DNA of 64,000 nt. Origin: Actinomycetota bacterium. Lineage in GTDB: Bacteria; Actinomycetota; Acidimicrobiia; Actinomarinales; Actinomarinaceae. Below are positions 39,344-49,169 of the stretch, in pieces. The stretch's first letter is position 1, and each line of letters begins with the position of its first letter. Made by a program: the position numbers and the translations under genes. Below the pieces are notes generated by a model that was given only the letters and a program-made list of their open reading frames with translations, had not been told where the DNA came from and did not search any database. The stretch covers positions 20,617-84,616 of the forward strand of contig JACNGE010000011.1 of assembly GCA_014384285.1 (NCBI GenBank). Direction: 5' to 3'.

Positions 39344-39748
39344 TTATAAGTTAAGGTTGTCTATCCAGTTTGATATTTCTTTTACAGTATTTATATAAAC
39401 ATCCAGTGCATGTTCATCAGAATCATAAGAAGACCTACTAGGATCAATAAAAGAATTGTGAAGTCTATTTTTTGCGTTCGGAAAAACTGGACAAGTTTCT
39501 TCTGCAGAGTCACAGACTGTGAGCACATGGTCAAATTCCTGATTAATAAAATCATTAACTAATTTAGGATACTGGTGACTAATATCATGGCCAATCTCTG
39601 CCATAGCTTTTACAGCATATGGATTTACTTGAGTTTCAGGATGGGTTCCTGCTGAGTAAATTTCGGCATCTGGATATTTATTTTTTAGTAAACCCTCTGC
39701 AATTTGAGATCTACAAGTGTTTCCTGTACAAATAACAATGATTTTCAT
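39344..39748 (-). CDS. arsC: Arsenate reductase (LMW-PTP type)
   Basis: CTGNTCRSQ.AEG, SAG, TVCD.A.ETCP.FP, DP. Confidence 0.88.
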   Translation of the reverse strand: MKIIVICTGNTCRSQIAEGLLKNKYPDAEIYSAGTHPETQVNPYAVKAMAEIGHDISHQYPKLVNDFINQEFDHVLTVCDSAEETCPVFPNAKNRLHNSFIDPSRSSYDSDEHALDVYINTVKEISNWIDNLNL

Positions 39749-39782
39749 AGATTTATTCTATTCGCTTTATTACTCTAAATTT

Positions 39783-40079
39783 ATGAATTCAGAAGCAAGT
39801 AAAGAAAAAAAATTTACTGAGCAGATTGAAAAGTGGATCATGTACTTTTTATATCTATTATTTGGTGGTTTGTTTTTCTTAATTTCTCTTCAGGGGTCTT
39901 GGAGTGAAGCGATAATTTTACTACCTGTTGCAGCTTTCACAATACCTCTAACAAAATGGGGAATGCGCTGGCAAAATGAGAGGTATATTAGAAGTGCACA
40001 AAATCAGGACGAGTTAAAAATAGTAAGTGCAAAATTAGAAGAACTTGAAGTAAGAATTTCAAAATTGGAGGAAAAATGA
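39783..40079 (+). CDS. Hypothetical 2-TM protein with C-terminal coiled coil
   Basis: Likely start MNSEAS; two TM helices, LEELEVRISKLEEK. Confidence 0.6.
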   Translation: MNSEASKEKKFTEQIEKWIMYFLYLLFGGLFFLISLQGSWSEAIILLPVAAFTIPLTKWGMRWQNERYIRSAQNQDELKIVSAKLEELEVRISKLEEK

Positions 40080-40561
40080 TATCACTAGAGTTAATGGCTA
40101 AGCATATGGCATGGGCTAACCAAGAAATTTACAAAGAAGTACAAAAGTTAGATGATACAGTTCTGGATTATTATGTTGTCGACCCTGAGTGGACTGTTAA
40201 AACAATCATGATTCACATCGCAGGAGCTGCACATTTATATGGGCAGAGATTAAATGGTGAGCCTTTTACCCGTTTTGAATTAAAAAACACTGAAGGTTCA
40301 GAAATGATAGATGAGCTTCTTACAGAACTTAACAGAATCGATAAAAGCTTAATAGAAAATGTTGATAGGGAAGATCGGGAGTTTACCTACACAACTTCAA
40401 AAGGTGAACAAACTGCAAAAGTCTCCGAGATTCTCTCTCAGATGATTTTTCACGCAGGCGAGCACCGAGCACAGATTGTTGCTGCATTAGATAAACATAA
40501 TGAAAGATCAATTAATTTAGATAACTATTCAGTTTGGGGTTATACCAAAAGTTTGAGTTAA
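40076..40561 (+). CDS. DinB family protein
   Basis: H..WAN, T..HIA, H...HRAQ. Confidence 0.85.
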   Translation: MISLELMAKHMAWANQEIYKEVQKLDDTVLDYYVVDPEWTVKTIMIHIAGAAHLYGQRLNGEPFTRFELKNTEGSEMIDELLTELNRIDKSLIENVDREDREFTYTTSKGEQTAKVSEILSQMIFHAGEHRAQIVAALDKHNERSINLDNYSVWGYTKSLS

Positions 40562-40582
40562 TGATGAAAAGTTGGTATTGAT

Positions 40583-41419
40583 TTATAAATCTAGGCCTAA
40601 CTCTTCTGCCGTATAACTCCATAATTTTTCCCTCAAGTCATCTTTATAAACAAGTTTGTTGAGTTTTTTTGTTGTGGGCTTTCCGTAAATACCAAAAACA
40701 CTGGGTGCATATGTTTTTTTGGCTGATGTGTGTTTTGAGTTAATTGCTTTGAGAATGGGTTCCGTTCCTGTGTTAATGTTTGTAGATATATATGTGAAGG
40801 CTGATTTCCTTATATTTGTAACTTTATATGGCCTAGACTGTCTTGATTTTGTTACACCTGGATGCGCAATCGCGACAGAAACTTTATTATTAGTTCTTTT
40901 TTCAAGTTCATAGGCAAACATTGACCTGTACAAATTAGTTAAATTGTATCTGGTGCTTGAGGAAAAATTTTCCTCTCTGTGAAGATTTTCTAGTTGTATT
41001 TTTCTTGCGAGGTACATTGAAAGGCTTGAAACCTGTACCATCCTTCCCTTGTTCTCAAGAAGATTATCTAGAAGTTTTAAAGTGAGTCTGTATGTGCCAA
41101 AGTAATTCACTGCAATCATTGACTCAAATCCTTCATCAGTAAGGTTGAAATCTTGATAAATTAATCCCCCATTATTGTATAAAACATCCACTCCGTTATA
41201 AGAATTAGAAATTTCATTGGCAAAATTATTTATGCTTTCAGATTTTGAGAGATCTAACTCAAGGAAGGTTGCATTTTCTCCTAAAAATTCTGCAGCTTGC
41301 TGTCCTTTAGATTTATCTCTACAAGCAAGAATGACTCTGTAGTCATCGTGAACTAGTTGCTTGGCAACTGAGAGCCCTAAACCTTTATTTGCTCCTGTAA
41401 TTATTGCTAATTTTTTCAT
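40583..41419 (-). CDS. SDR family oxidoreductase (retinol dehydrogenase-like)
   Basis: ITGAN.GLG, NNGG, VSS, AHPG; YxxxK Lys not evident (YNLTN). Confidence 0.85.
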   Translation of the reverse strand: MKKLAIITGANKGLGLSVAKQLVHDDYRVILACRDKSKGQQAAEFLGENATFLELDLSKSESINNFANEISNSYNGVDVLYNNGGLIYQDFNLTDEGFESMIAVNYFGTYRLTLKLLDNLLENKGRMVQVSSLSMYLARKIQLENLHREENFSSSTRYNLTNLYRSMFAYELEKRTNNKVSVAIAHPGVTKSRQSRPYKVTNIRKSAFTYISTNINTGTEPILKAINSKHTSAKKTYAPSVFGIYGKPTTKKLNKLVYKDDLREKLWSYTAEELGLDL

Positions 41420-41455
41420 AATATTTTTACTCCATTCAATTCTATACTTAAAGGA

Positions 41456-41677
41456 ATGTATTATTTATTAGCCTCAGGAATAGTTCTAATTATTTTTAGA
41501 TACTTTAATCTGATCCCAAGTTTGTCGAATAGGTTTTGGAGATATGTTGATTATGTTCTACTAGTTTCCGCTTTTGTAATACTTCTTTCAAGAATTCCAC
41601 CATTTTTTTCTGGGATACTTCTTAGTGGTGTGGTTTTTTTTGCTTGGAGAAAAGGCTGGTTTGACAAACTACGTTAG
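41456..41677 (+). CDS. Small membrane protein
   Basis: Hydrophobic 73-aa ORF with TATACT -10 box 7 nt upstream. Confidence 0.55.
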   Translation: MYYLLASGIVLIIFRYFNLIPSLSNRFWRYVDYVLLVSAFVILLSRIPPFFSGILLSGVVFFAWRKGWFDKLR

Positions 41678-42771
41678 GGAATTATCTCCAATAATACCTC
41701 TATAGGCTGAGTAGCCCACTCGTCGAACTCAGCAATCATCACATCAGCTGATTTGCCAAAATTAGATTTAAAAGCTTCTTCAAAACCTAAGTCTTCAATT
41801 TGGGTCCAAAAGTTAACTCTGAAGATTTCTTCGCTTGTGTTGTGAATCAAGTATGCAACAAACCAAGTTAAAACATCGTAGCTTTGGAATGATTCGTTAT
41901 ACCCTAACTCTCTTAAGCTTCTTCCTTCATTAAGGTATGCATTAATAGTCTGAGCTTTGTACTCCATTTCTTGTTTGAGATATCCTGCGTCGATTCCTGG
42001 TTCTTTTGAATACCAGTATTGTGCCATATATTCTGCTCCGCCCTCCATTAAAAATGGAACCTGTACTTCGTCTCCGTTAAAGTAGATATTGCGATTACTA
42101 GTTCTCCAGTCACCATCTGTATCAGTAGCTGGTACGGATAAATTTGCATGCTGATATACATGGAAATATTCATGAAGAATTACTTTTTTATAATCTTCCT
42201 CTTCAGGACCTGGATATTTAGATGACATGATAAGTGCGTTGAAATAGTATCCAATATAATCTCTGATGTAGGAACTTACTGCAGCTCCTCCCTCGTTAAC
42301 GTATCTATAAAATGGAGACCATCCATCACCACTATCATAAGGATCTCCGTTTGCACAATCCCACTTTTTATTCCATGAAGGATCTTTTTGTGTTCTAACC
42401 TCACACCATTTTTTATCTAGCGCTATAACTTCGTCTTTACCTTCCCCAACAATCCATATTTCGAGAGGTCCGTAGTTGCCCCAAAGTTCAATAGCTTTAT
42501 CAACCCATTCGGCTGTAATTTCAATTGTTTCTTGAGATACATCCGATGCAGCATAGACTTCCGGCTGTGCATCAGTTGCTCCCCAGAAAATTGAATTAAC
42601 TGAATCTTCAGAACTTTCAACTAATTTTGATTCCTCTTCAAGTATCTGCTTTTCGTCATTTTGTAGCTCTTCTTCAACTATTAGTTTTTTCTCCTCAACT
42701 GAAGTAGATAGGGGTTCGGGTGTACCTCCACAAAAAGAAACTAGAAGTAATAAAATTAATGTTTTTTTCAT
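41674..42771 (-). CDS. Lipoprotein with HExxH zinc-metallopeptidase-like motif
   Basis: Lipobox VSFC, VILHEYFHVYQH, EGGAEY downstream Glu. Confidence 0.7.
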   Translation of the reverse strand: MKKTLILLLLVSFCGGTPEPLSTSVEEKKLIVEEELQNDEKQILEEESKLVESSEDSVNSIFWGATDAQPEVYAASDVSQETIEITAEWVDKAIELWGNYGPLEIWIVGEGKDEVIALDKKWCEVRTQKDPSWNKKWDCANGDPYDSGDGWSPFYRYVNEGGAAVSSYIRDYIGYYFNALIMSSKYPGPEEEDYKKVILHEYFHVYQHANLSVPATDTDGDWRTSNRNIYFNGDEVQVPFLMEGGAEYMAQYWYSKEPGIDAGYLKQEMEYKAQTINAYLNEGRSLRELGYNESFQSYDVLTWFVAYLIHNTSEEIFRVNFWTQIEDLGFEEAFKSNFGKSADVMIAEFDEWATQPIEVLLEIIP

Positions 42772-42905
42772 TTGTAATACTTATTATTTTTTAACAACCA
42801 ATTGATTCCCAAAAACAATCCAATAATAGCAACCAGTACTGTAAAGTTTGGAAAGTTCCAAAGAAAAATCAGCGAAAATATAATTGTAAGGAAGATTACT
42901 AACAT
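42768..42905 (-). CDS. Small membrane protein (45 aa, not in ORF track)
   Basis: MLVIFLTIIFSLIFLWNFPNFTVLVAIIGLFLGINWLLKNNKYYK; ATGA overlap with the next gene. Confidence 0.5.
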   Translation of the reverse strand: MLVIFLTIIFSLIFLWNFPNFTVLVAIIGLFLGINWLLKNNKYYK

Positions 42906-43050
42906 TTTTTATTAATCAGCCAATACAATTTTTAGGAGTTAAATAATAAAGTTGTTAACTGCCAGATGATAATGAAGACAAAAACCGCAGTTTTTTTTGA
43001 AACTTTTTTATTATTAACCCAATCCATAATATTTTTAAAATTCATATAAT

Positions 43051-43650
43051 TTAATCATTTCTCGTGGGGACAAGTATCGTCACAAAATGTGAGTACGAGC
43101 CAATTTCACACTTAACACTTTTCATATTGTTTAACTTCTTCTGAATGAGTTCTGTAATTTTATATACAAAATAAAAATTTTTTGGCATGATGTCTACCGC
43201 TTGTGCCCGAAAGATTCCAGTGCAGTTTAAAAGAAGTTTTTTACTTTCTTCATCTTCTGTCAGATAAAAATGTAGCTCCCTGCAACACTTTGCTTCATCA
43301 GTGTCTTGATGTTTCCACCATGAATTATTCATCATAATGACAGCTCTCTTAGATAGTGGAAAACTATTCAAACAGTCCACTACGTTGGAAACCTTTGATC
43401 CCATTTCAGATGAATAATCTCCTTGGAGTCCTCCTCTATATTCGGTTTCATATTTTACTTTTTCTTCTTGGGAAATAGGTAGTTCACAATTTTTTCTTGC
43501 ATAGTAATCCAAGGTTTCAAAGTCGAATAAATCAGTAATTATGGTTGCATTTTCTTCATTAAAGTTATTAATATTTCCATGAAAATTATTTATAGGGGCT
43601 ATTTTTGTTGCAGCTGCTTGCATTTCTTCAGCGCTGTCATAATTATTCAT
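43051..43650 (-). CDS. Divergent thymidylate-synthase-fold protein
   Basis: SKRAVI...KCC..LHF...L.CT..FRAQ...P.N...G.Y.HF follows the TS motif order; start moved to MNNYD. Confidence 0.55.
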   Translation of the reverse strand: MNNYDSAEEMQAAATKIAPINNFHGNINNFNEENATIITDLFDFETLDYYARKNCELPISQEEKVKYETEYRGGLQGDYSSEMGSKVSNVVDCLNSFPLSKRAVIMMNNSWWKHQDTDEAKCCRELHFYLTEDEESKKLLLNCTGIFRAQAVDIMPKNFYFVYKITELIQKKLNNMKSVKCEIGSYSHFVTILVPTRND

Positions 43651-43660
43651 ACACTTTATT

Positions 43661-44944
43661 TTAATCAGTAACGATCTCTTTAACTTGAATCGAAAGCTTT
43701 TTAAGATTTTTATTATTGTAATTGAATATCCACAGAAGTACATATAAAACTCCTACTATAAAAAATAATAAAGCATAACCTCTTCCAGGTCCGGTTCCTA
43801 CCAGGGGAGACAAGATATCTGCATTTTCTGGATAAAAAGTGAATTCTAAGTAGTCTCCTAATGGCCCAGCAATAATAACCCCTAGAGGACGTAACATTTG
43901 AGCAATCGTACCTCTGAGTGCCAAAGCTCTACCTCTAATATCTTCAGTTGTAATGGATAGCCATGCTCCAGAAGATACAGTTTGTTGGACTGTTCCACTC
44001 ACTCCATTGATTATACCGTGAATGCATAAGAGAAATATACTTGGCCTTATTGACCCTAAAATTAAACTTAATCCACTTAACAGTCCCATATATATAGCAA
44101 CCTTTAAATTTCCCTGAAGTTTATCAGCCAATCGTAAAGAAATAATTGAACCAAGTAGAAAAGCCAAACCAATACTCGACTCAACAATACCAAGCCCTCT
44201 TGCATCAGTAAAGCTCAGAATCATTGGGGGTAGCAGTACTGAAGTAAAACCCCACAAAAAGTTAGCTATCGAGAGGATGGAGACTAAAGCGAGTAAGCCT
44301 TTTTGTTTTTTTAGCCAGCTATAAGCTTGAACTAAGTCAAAATAAACATTTCTAAAACTTAATTTATCCTTAACTTCCACTTTCTTACTTTTGAAGAAAG
44401 TTATAGTTGCTATCCCAAAGATACACGTAATAATGTCAACAAGTATTACTCCTGGTAAACCAAAGAATGCGTAAATAAAAGCTCCTCCTATTGGCGCAAT
44501 TAGAACAGAAATTGCTTCTGCGCTTTCAAATAAAGCTGATACTTTTGTTACTTCATTCTTTTTAACAACATCCCCCAAGAATGCACTCCAAGTTGTCCAG
44601 TGAGCTATTTCAAAAATTCCAAAAGCAAGTGCAAATGGTATCAAAAGAGTTAGTGTCAAAATATTATTCAATGCAAGATATCCAACAATGCACATCAATA
44701 CTGCAATTGTTAAATCGTAAATAATAATTAATCTTTTTCTGGGAAACCTATCTGCGAGCACTCCTCCAAAGGGTCCAGTAACAACACCAACTATTGCAAC
44801 AGTGAACAAAATCGTAGAAAGGGCACTAGCTCTTCCTGTCGTTTCATATACCCAAACTCCAATAGCAAAAAAAGACATACCTGAACCTGTCCAAGATATT
44901 GTTTGTCCAAACCAAAGTAAATATATTTTTTTATCCATAGCCAA
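43661..44944 (-). CDS. MFS transporter (MefA/DHA3-like)
   Basis: LWFGQ.IS..G, GVLADRFPRK, RGR. Confidence 0.88.
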   Translation of the reverse strand: MAMDKKIYLLWFGQTISWTGSGMSFFAIGVWVYETTGRASALSTILFTVAIVGVVTGPFGGVLADRFPRKRLIIIYDLTIAVLMCIVGYLALNNILTLTLLIPFALAFGIFEIAHWTTWSAFLGDVVKKNEVTKVSALFESAEAISVLIAPIGGAFIYAFFGLPGVILVDIITCIFGIATITFFKSKKVEVKDKLSFRNVYFDLVQAYSWLKKQKGLLALVSILSIANFLWGFTSVLLPPMILSFTDARGLGIVESSIGLAFLLGSIISLRLADKLQGNLKVAIYMGLLSGLSLILGSIRPSIFLLCIHGIINGVSGTVQQTVSSGAWLSITTEDIRGRALALRGTIAQMLRPLGVIIAGPLGDYLEFTFYPENADILSPLVGTGPGRGYALLFFIVGVLYVLLWIFNYNNKNLKKLSIQVKEIVTD

Positions 44945-44993
44945 TCAATTTTAACTGAATCTAAAATAAGAGAAGTTATAAAAAAGGAATGAA

Positions 44994-45983
44994 ATGAGCA
45001 TTGCTCTTATTACGGGTGGATCAGGGCACGTTGGAGCTAACTTAGTAAGAGAACTAACCGCACAAGATTATAAGGTACGGTGCATAGATTTTGATGGAGA
45101 TCATCGAGCCTTTGAAGGGTATGATGTTGAGCTTATTACAGGCAGTGTCACCGATATTGACACTTTAGATAAAGCATTTGAGGGAGTCGATGTAGTTTTT
45201 CATACTGCAGCAATTATAAGTTTGGAGAGAAAAAATAAAAGTCTTATTCGCTCTGTGAATGTTGAGGGAACAAAGAATGTGTGTAAAATGTCACTCAAGC
45301 ACAGTATCAGAAAGTTAATTCATTTTTCTTCTGTTGATGCGTTTATACGTGAACCATTAGAGGACCCTCTGTTGGAAGACAGATCACTTGTTGTGGACCA
45401 AAATGCTGTTCCTTATGATTTATCAAAAGCAGATGCACAGAGAATTGTTTTAGAGTATTGCAATAAGGGTCTTGATGCATCCATAATCCACCCTTCAGGA
45501 ATTTTTGGTCCCAACGACTTTAAGCCAAGTTTGTTTGGGCAGGAATTTATAAAAATTGCTAATAGCAAAAGACCTTTCAGTATCAATGTTGGATATGACT
45601 ATGTTGATGTTCGTGATTTGAGTAAAACAGCAGTGAACTGTATTTCGAAGGGAGTCTCTGGTCAAAATTATATTGTTGGAGGTAACTATATGGATTTTGT
45701 CTACATGGCCGATGTTATGTCTCAAGAATTGGGAAGAAAACTTATAAGAGGAACTCTTCCATTTGCAAGCATCTATCTTTCTCTTCCAATGTATTATTTA
45801 CTTTCACTTATTACAAATACACCTAGAGCTATAACTCTTGATTCAATTCATACGATAAAAGTACAAAATAAAAATATTCCAAGCCAACTATCTAAAGATC
45901 AACTTGGCCACAGTCCACGCTCTATTGAGGAAACGATTACGGATACTCTTAAGTTTTTCAACGATGTTGGGGCCATAGCGTAA
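44994..45983 (+). CDS. NAD-dependent epimerase/dehydratase (dihydroflavonol reductase-like)
   Basis: TGGSGHVG, VFHTAA, SS, YDLSK, VDVRD. Confidence 0.88.
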   Translation: MSIALITGGSGHVGANLVRELTAQDYKVRCIDFDGDHRAFEGYDVELITGSVTDIDTLDKAFEGVDVVFHTAAIISLERKNKSLIRSVNVEGTKNVCKMSLKHSIRKLIHFSSVDAFIREPLEDPLLEDRSLVVDQNAVPYDLSKADAQRIVLEYCNKGLDASIIHPSGIFGPNDFKPSLFGQEFIKIANSKRPFSINVGYDYVDVRDLSKTAVNCISKGVSGQNYIVGGNYMDFVYMADVMSQELGRKLIRGTLPFASIYLSLPMYYLLSLITNTPRAITLDSIHTIKVQNKNIPSQLSKDQLGHSPRSIEETITDTLKFFNDVGAIA

Positions 45984-46120
45984 ATTTAGTCTAAGAGTGA
46001 TTGATATCCTAGCTATTAAAAGATAAGGAATCAAAAAAAAACTATTTTTTCATGCTTTCAGTTTGAAATTTGTTGCATTTCTCCATAGGTTGAAGATAAG
46101 AACAACTAAGGGGGAATCTT

Positions 46121-47086
46121 GTGTTGAGTAAGGAAGCTGTAAAAGCAAAAAAGAAATATTCAAAGCTAGGAACGGTTATTAAGTTGCTAGTAGTTGATCC
46201 TAAAAAAATAAAAATGTGGAAAGTTAAATTACAGAGGTTGAATTTTAATCTCATAGGAAAAATCAATCCAAAGTCGGATGGCGCTCACAAGGAAGAACTC
46301 ACTCTTGGTGGTATTAGAACATGGAAAATAACTACTCCTAATTCAGATCCTGAAAAAATATTACTTTATTATCACGGAGGTGCCTATCAAGTAGGCAGTC
46401 CAGAGGGTTACTACCCTATGTTGACTCATTTAGCCAGAGAAACGGGTTTTACAATCTATATACCAGATTACAGACTCGCTCCAGAACATTACTATCCTGC
46501 TCAAGTTGAAGATGGGGTTAAAACATTTGAAGCATTAATCAATGACTTAGGATACTCTCCGGGGCAAATAGCTTTTGGAGGAGATTCTGCAGGTGGCAAC
46601 ATGTCCCTTGTTACACTTTTAAAGCTAAAAAGCGAAGGAAAGAGTCTGCCAAGTGCAGTCTTTTGCATATCGCCTTGGGCTGATCCAGCTGCTACTGGAG
46701 ATTCTTACAATGACGAGATGTGTTCCAAAGACTTATTGCTGGGTCCTATTTTTACAAAGATGTGGAGTGATTTTAACCTTGATGGCTTTGCGGGATATTT
46801 TGTTCGAGATGAAGACTTAGATTCTGAAAATCCTTATATATGTCCGATAAAGGGTGACTACACAAACTCTCCTCCCATTATGGTACAGGTTGGTGCTCAT
46901 GAATTACTGCTCTCAGATTCTCGAACCTTAAAAAATGTCTTTGAAAGAGATGGTGTAACTTACGAGTACAAAGAATGGGATGAATTGTGGCATGTATTTC
47001 AACTTGAAGCGGAAATGCCTGAAACTATAGAATCATTTAAAATGTTTGGAAGTTTTTTAAATAAATATATTGGGGTTCCTGTTTAA
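46121..47086 (+). CDS. Alpha/beta hydrolase, HSL-family esterase
   Basis: YYHGGAY, DYRLAPEH, GDSAGG, E.L..DS, HVF. Confidence 0.92.
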   Translation: MLSKEAVKAKKKYSKLGTVIKLLVVDPKKIKMWKVKLQRLNFNLIGKINPKSDGAHKEELTLGGIRTWKITTPNSDPEKILLYYHGGAYQVGSPEGYYPMLTHLARETGFTIYIPDYRLAPEHYYPAQVEDGVKTFEALINDLGYSPGQIAFGGDSAGGNMSLVTLLKLKSEGKSLPSAVFCISPWADPAATGDSYNDEMCSKDLLLGPIFTKMWSDFNLDGFAGYFVRDEDLDSENPYICPIKGDYTNSPPIMVQVGAHELLLSDSRTLKNVFERDGVTYEYKEWDELWHVFQLEAEMPETIESFKMFGSFLNKYIGVPV

Positions 47087-47102
47087 GACTAGTTACAGCT
47101 AG

Positions 47103-47372
47103 TTAGTCAATCTCATTAACTGAGAGGAAAGAGTTTCCTATCATTATTGAGTCTTCTCCGAGTTGTTTAGCTTTTTGTGCAATAATTCTTACAATATCTT
47201 TAGATTTATCAACATCACAGATAATCGAGAGTTCGACTGATTCCTCGGCCTTGCCTTTCCACATTCCCTCAAGTTTTAGTATTGACCAACTGTCAACAAC
47301 TTTAAGGAGTTGTGGTTTAGACTGTTCAACAACTTCTGGGACTGTTCTTATCTTAAGCTCTACATCAAACAT
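47103..47372 (-). CDS. Small hypothetical protein, possible PII/ferredoxin-like fold
   Basis: G.WKG..E.S.EL and IA..AK..GEDSIMI pattern. Confidence 0.55.
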   Translation of the reverse strand: MFDVELKIRTVPEVVEQSKPQLLKVVDSWSILKLEGMWKGKAEESVELSIICDVDKSKDIVRIIAQKAKQLGEDSIMIGNSFLSVNEID

Positions 47373-47454
47373 TTTGTTAAGTATGACATTAATTTTGTAC
47401 TAACGAGTTTATTTTATTATTTTCTTCAAAAGAATTCGACTTCAAACAAAAAGA

Positions 47455-48021
47455 TTAACTTCTGTGCTCTCTAAATTCTTTAAATAACCATGGAATCATA
47501 AATAACGCAGCAACTGGATCAAAGTACCAGAGACCAAAGAAGTAATTAACGCCGACACCAACTAAGACCAATACTGAAAGATTTAAGCAAAATAATGTCT
47601 CCTTTGCCTCAGCAATAATGACTTTATTATTTAATTCTTTACCAAGTTTTAATTTTCGATAACCCAATGGTCCTTCAACAAGAATGGATACACAGGCGAT
47701 GATTATTCCATAAATAGAAACTTCAGGTTTATTTGTATTTAGAAAATCCAATGCTGACTTTGCAAGGATAAATACAATCAATACTAAAAAAGAATAGGCA
47801 ATTAACTTTTCTGCACGATCATGAACTTTTTTATTGGTTGAAGAAATTCCCCAGATAGCAATTATGGATGCAAAGATTTCAATAAAACTATCTAAACCAA
47901 AACTAAGTAGTGTCGTAGAGTTGCTCTCAACGCCAAAATATAATGCAAATACTCCTTCTAATAAGTTGTAACAAATAGTAAATACTATGAGTTTTTTAGA
48001 TAAAATTATTGATTCTGTCAC
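47455..48021 (-). CDS. Cation efflux (CDF-like) membrane protein
   Basis: YN..EG, FGLDS.IE, A.ET..C, W..DP.AAL. Confidence 0.8.
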   Translation of the reverse strand: MTESIILSKKLIVFTICYNLLEGVFALYFGVESNSTTLLSFGLDSFIEIFASIIAIWGISSTNKKVHDRAEKLIAYSFLVLIVFILAKSALDFLNTNKPEVSIYGIIIACVSILVEGPLGYRKLKLGKELNNKVIIAEAKETLFCLNLSVLVLVGVGVNYFFGLWYFDPVAALFMIPWLFKEFREHRS

Positions 48022-48076
48022 AAGAATTAGTATAAATGCAGTAGTTAACTAAGAATATTTCAATTAGTAAGGTTAA

Positions 48077-48334
48077 TTATCGACGTTCAAGGTAAACAAT
48101 GATTGCAGATGCAGAACTAATCTGAATTAATGTGGAAAACAGGTTTTCCACTCCAAGAATACTAGCAATTATTCCTCCCAAAAAAGAACCTGTAATACCT
48201 ATTACTGCAGTCCTTCCCCACGTCATCGGATTTGGACCAGGAATAAGGATTCTTGCCAATGCACCAATAATAAGTCCTACTACTGCGAACTGAAATATAA
48301 CTATAAATGTAAGTCCAAGAAAAAATGTTCCCAT
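48077..48334 (-). CDS. GlsB/YeaQ/YmgE family membrane protein
   Basis: GLIIGALAR.L.PG, GI.GSFLGG. Confidence 0.85.
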   Translation of the reverse strand: MGTFFLGLTFIVIFQFAVVGLIIGALARILIPGPNPMTWGRTAVIGITGSFLGGIIASILGVENLFSTLIQISSASAIIVYLERR

Positions 48335-48367
48335 ATTTTAAATTGTAAATTACTCAGGTTTATATTT

Positions 48368-49021
48368 TTATTTTGGGTTTTTTGAAAATTTGATTGTAAA
48401 TAGTTTTGATGAAATTAAGCTTCCTATAACTGGTGCCAAGACATAAAAGTAAATCTCCCTTGTATTGCCACTTACTAAAGCAGGTCCAATACTTCTCGCA
48501 GGATTTAGTGAACCTCCAGTGTATTCTCCAATTAATAGTGCGGAGATACATACTGTTCCTCCAATAGCAATTCCATAAATATTATTTTCTTTTCGTGTTA
48601 CTTGTAAGATTACAAACATCAAAAGACCGGTACAAAAAGCCTCCAGAAAAAAGCCTTGGCTGGCATCAACCGAAAGAGTCGTTACGCCAAAGCTATGCAT
48701 TCTTCCAAATAGTGCTACATGCGTCTGGGATGCAAGCATTCCACCTAAGATTTGTATTCCAATATAAAAAACTGAATCTTTAATTGATATTTCTTTATTC
48801 AATAAAAATCCAATTGTTACAGCGGGATTAAAGTGTGCACCAGAGAATCTACCCAACAAGTAAACAAAAATTGTTATGGTTAGTCCAAAAATTATAGGTA
48901 TCACAGCTGAAGATAGGTTTTCTAAATCTGAAAGTATAATGGCGCCACATCCAAAAAAAACTAAGGCATAAGTTCCTGTGAATTCAGCTAGGAGTGCAGG
49001 AACAGTTGTTTTAAATCTCAT
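48368..49021 (-). CDS. Aquaporin/MIP family channel
   Basis: AEF.GT, SGAHFNPAVT, GGSLNPARS.GPA. Confidence 0.95.
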   Translation of the reverse strand: MRFKTTVPALLAEFTGTYALVFFGCGAIILSDLENLSSAVIPIIFGLTITIFVYLLGRFSGAHFNPAVTIGFLLNKEISIKDSVFYIGIQILGGMLASQTHVALFGRMHSFGVTTLSVDASQGFFLEAFCTGLLMFVILQVTRKENNIYGIAIGGTVCISALLIGEYTGGSLNPARSIGPALVSGNTREIYFYVLAPVIGSLISSKLFTIKFSKNPK

Positions 49022-49052
49022 AAGAACACAATAATTGAGTTATGATTTTGGT

Positions 49053-49157
49053 ATGTTAAACGGAAAGCCTTTCAAAGAAACAGTGATTGACTTAGCAAGA
49101 GTCATAGTATTTATTGTTCTTGTATATTATTTAGTAGATATTGTCAGTAGGGTGTAA
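49053..49157 (+). CDS. Possible 34-aa single-TM protein (not in ORF track)
   Basis: MLNGKPFKETVIDLARVIVFIVLVYYLVDIVSRV; TATGAT -10 box 6 nt before ATG. Confidence 0.4.
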   Translation: MLNGKPFKETVIDLARVIVFIVLVYYLVDIVSRV

Positions 49158-49169
49158 AGCTTGATTCTT

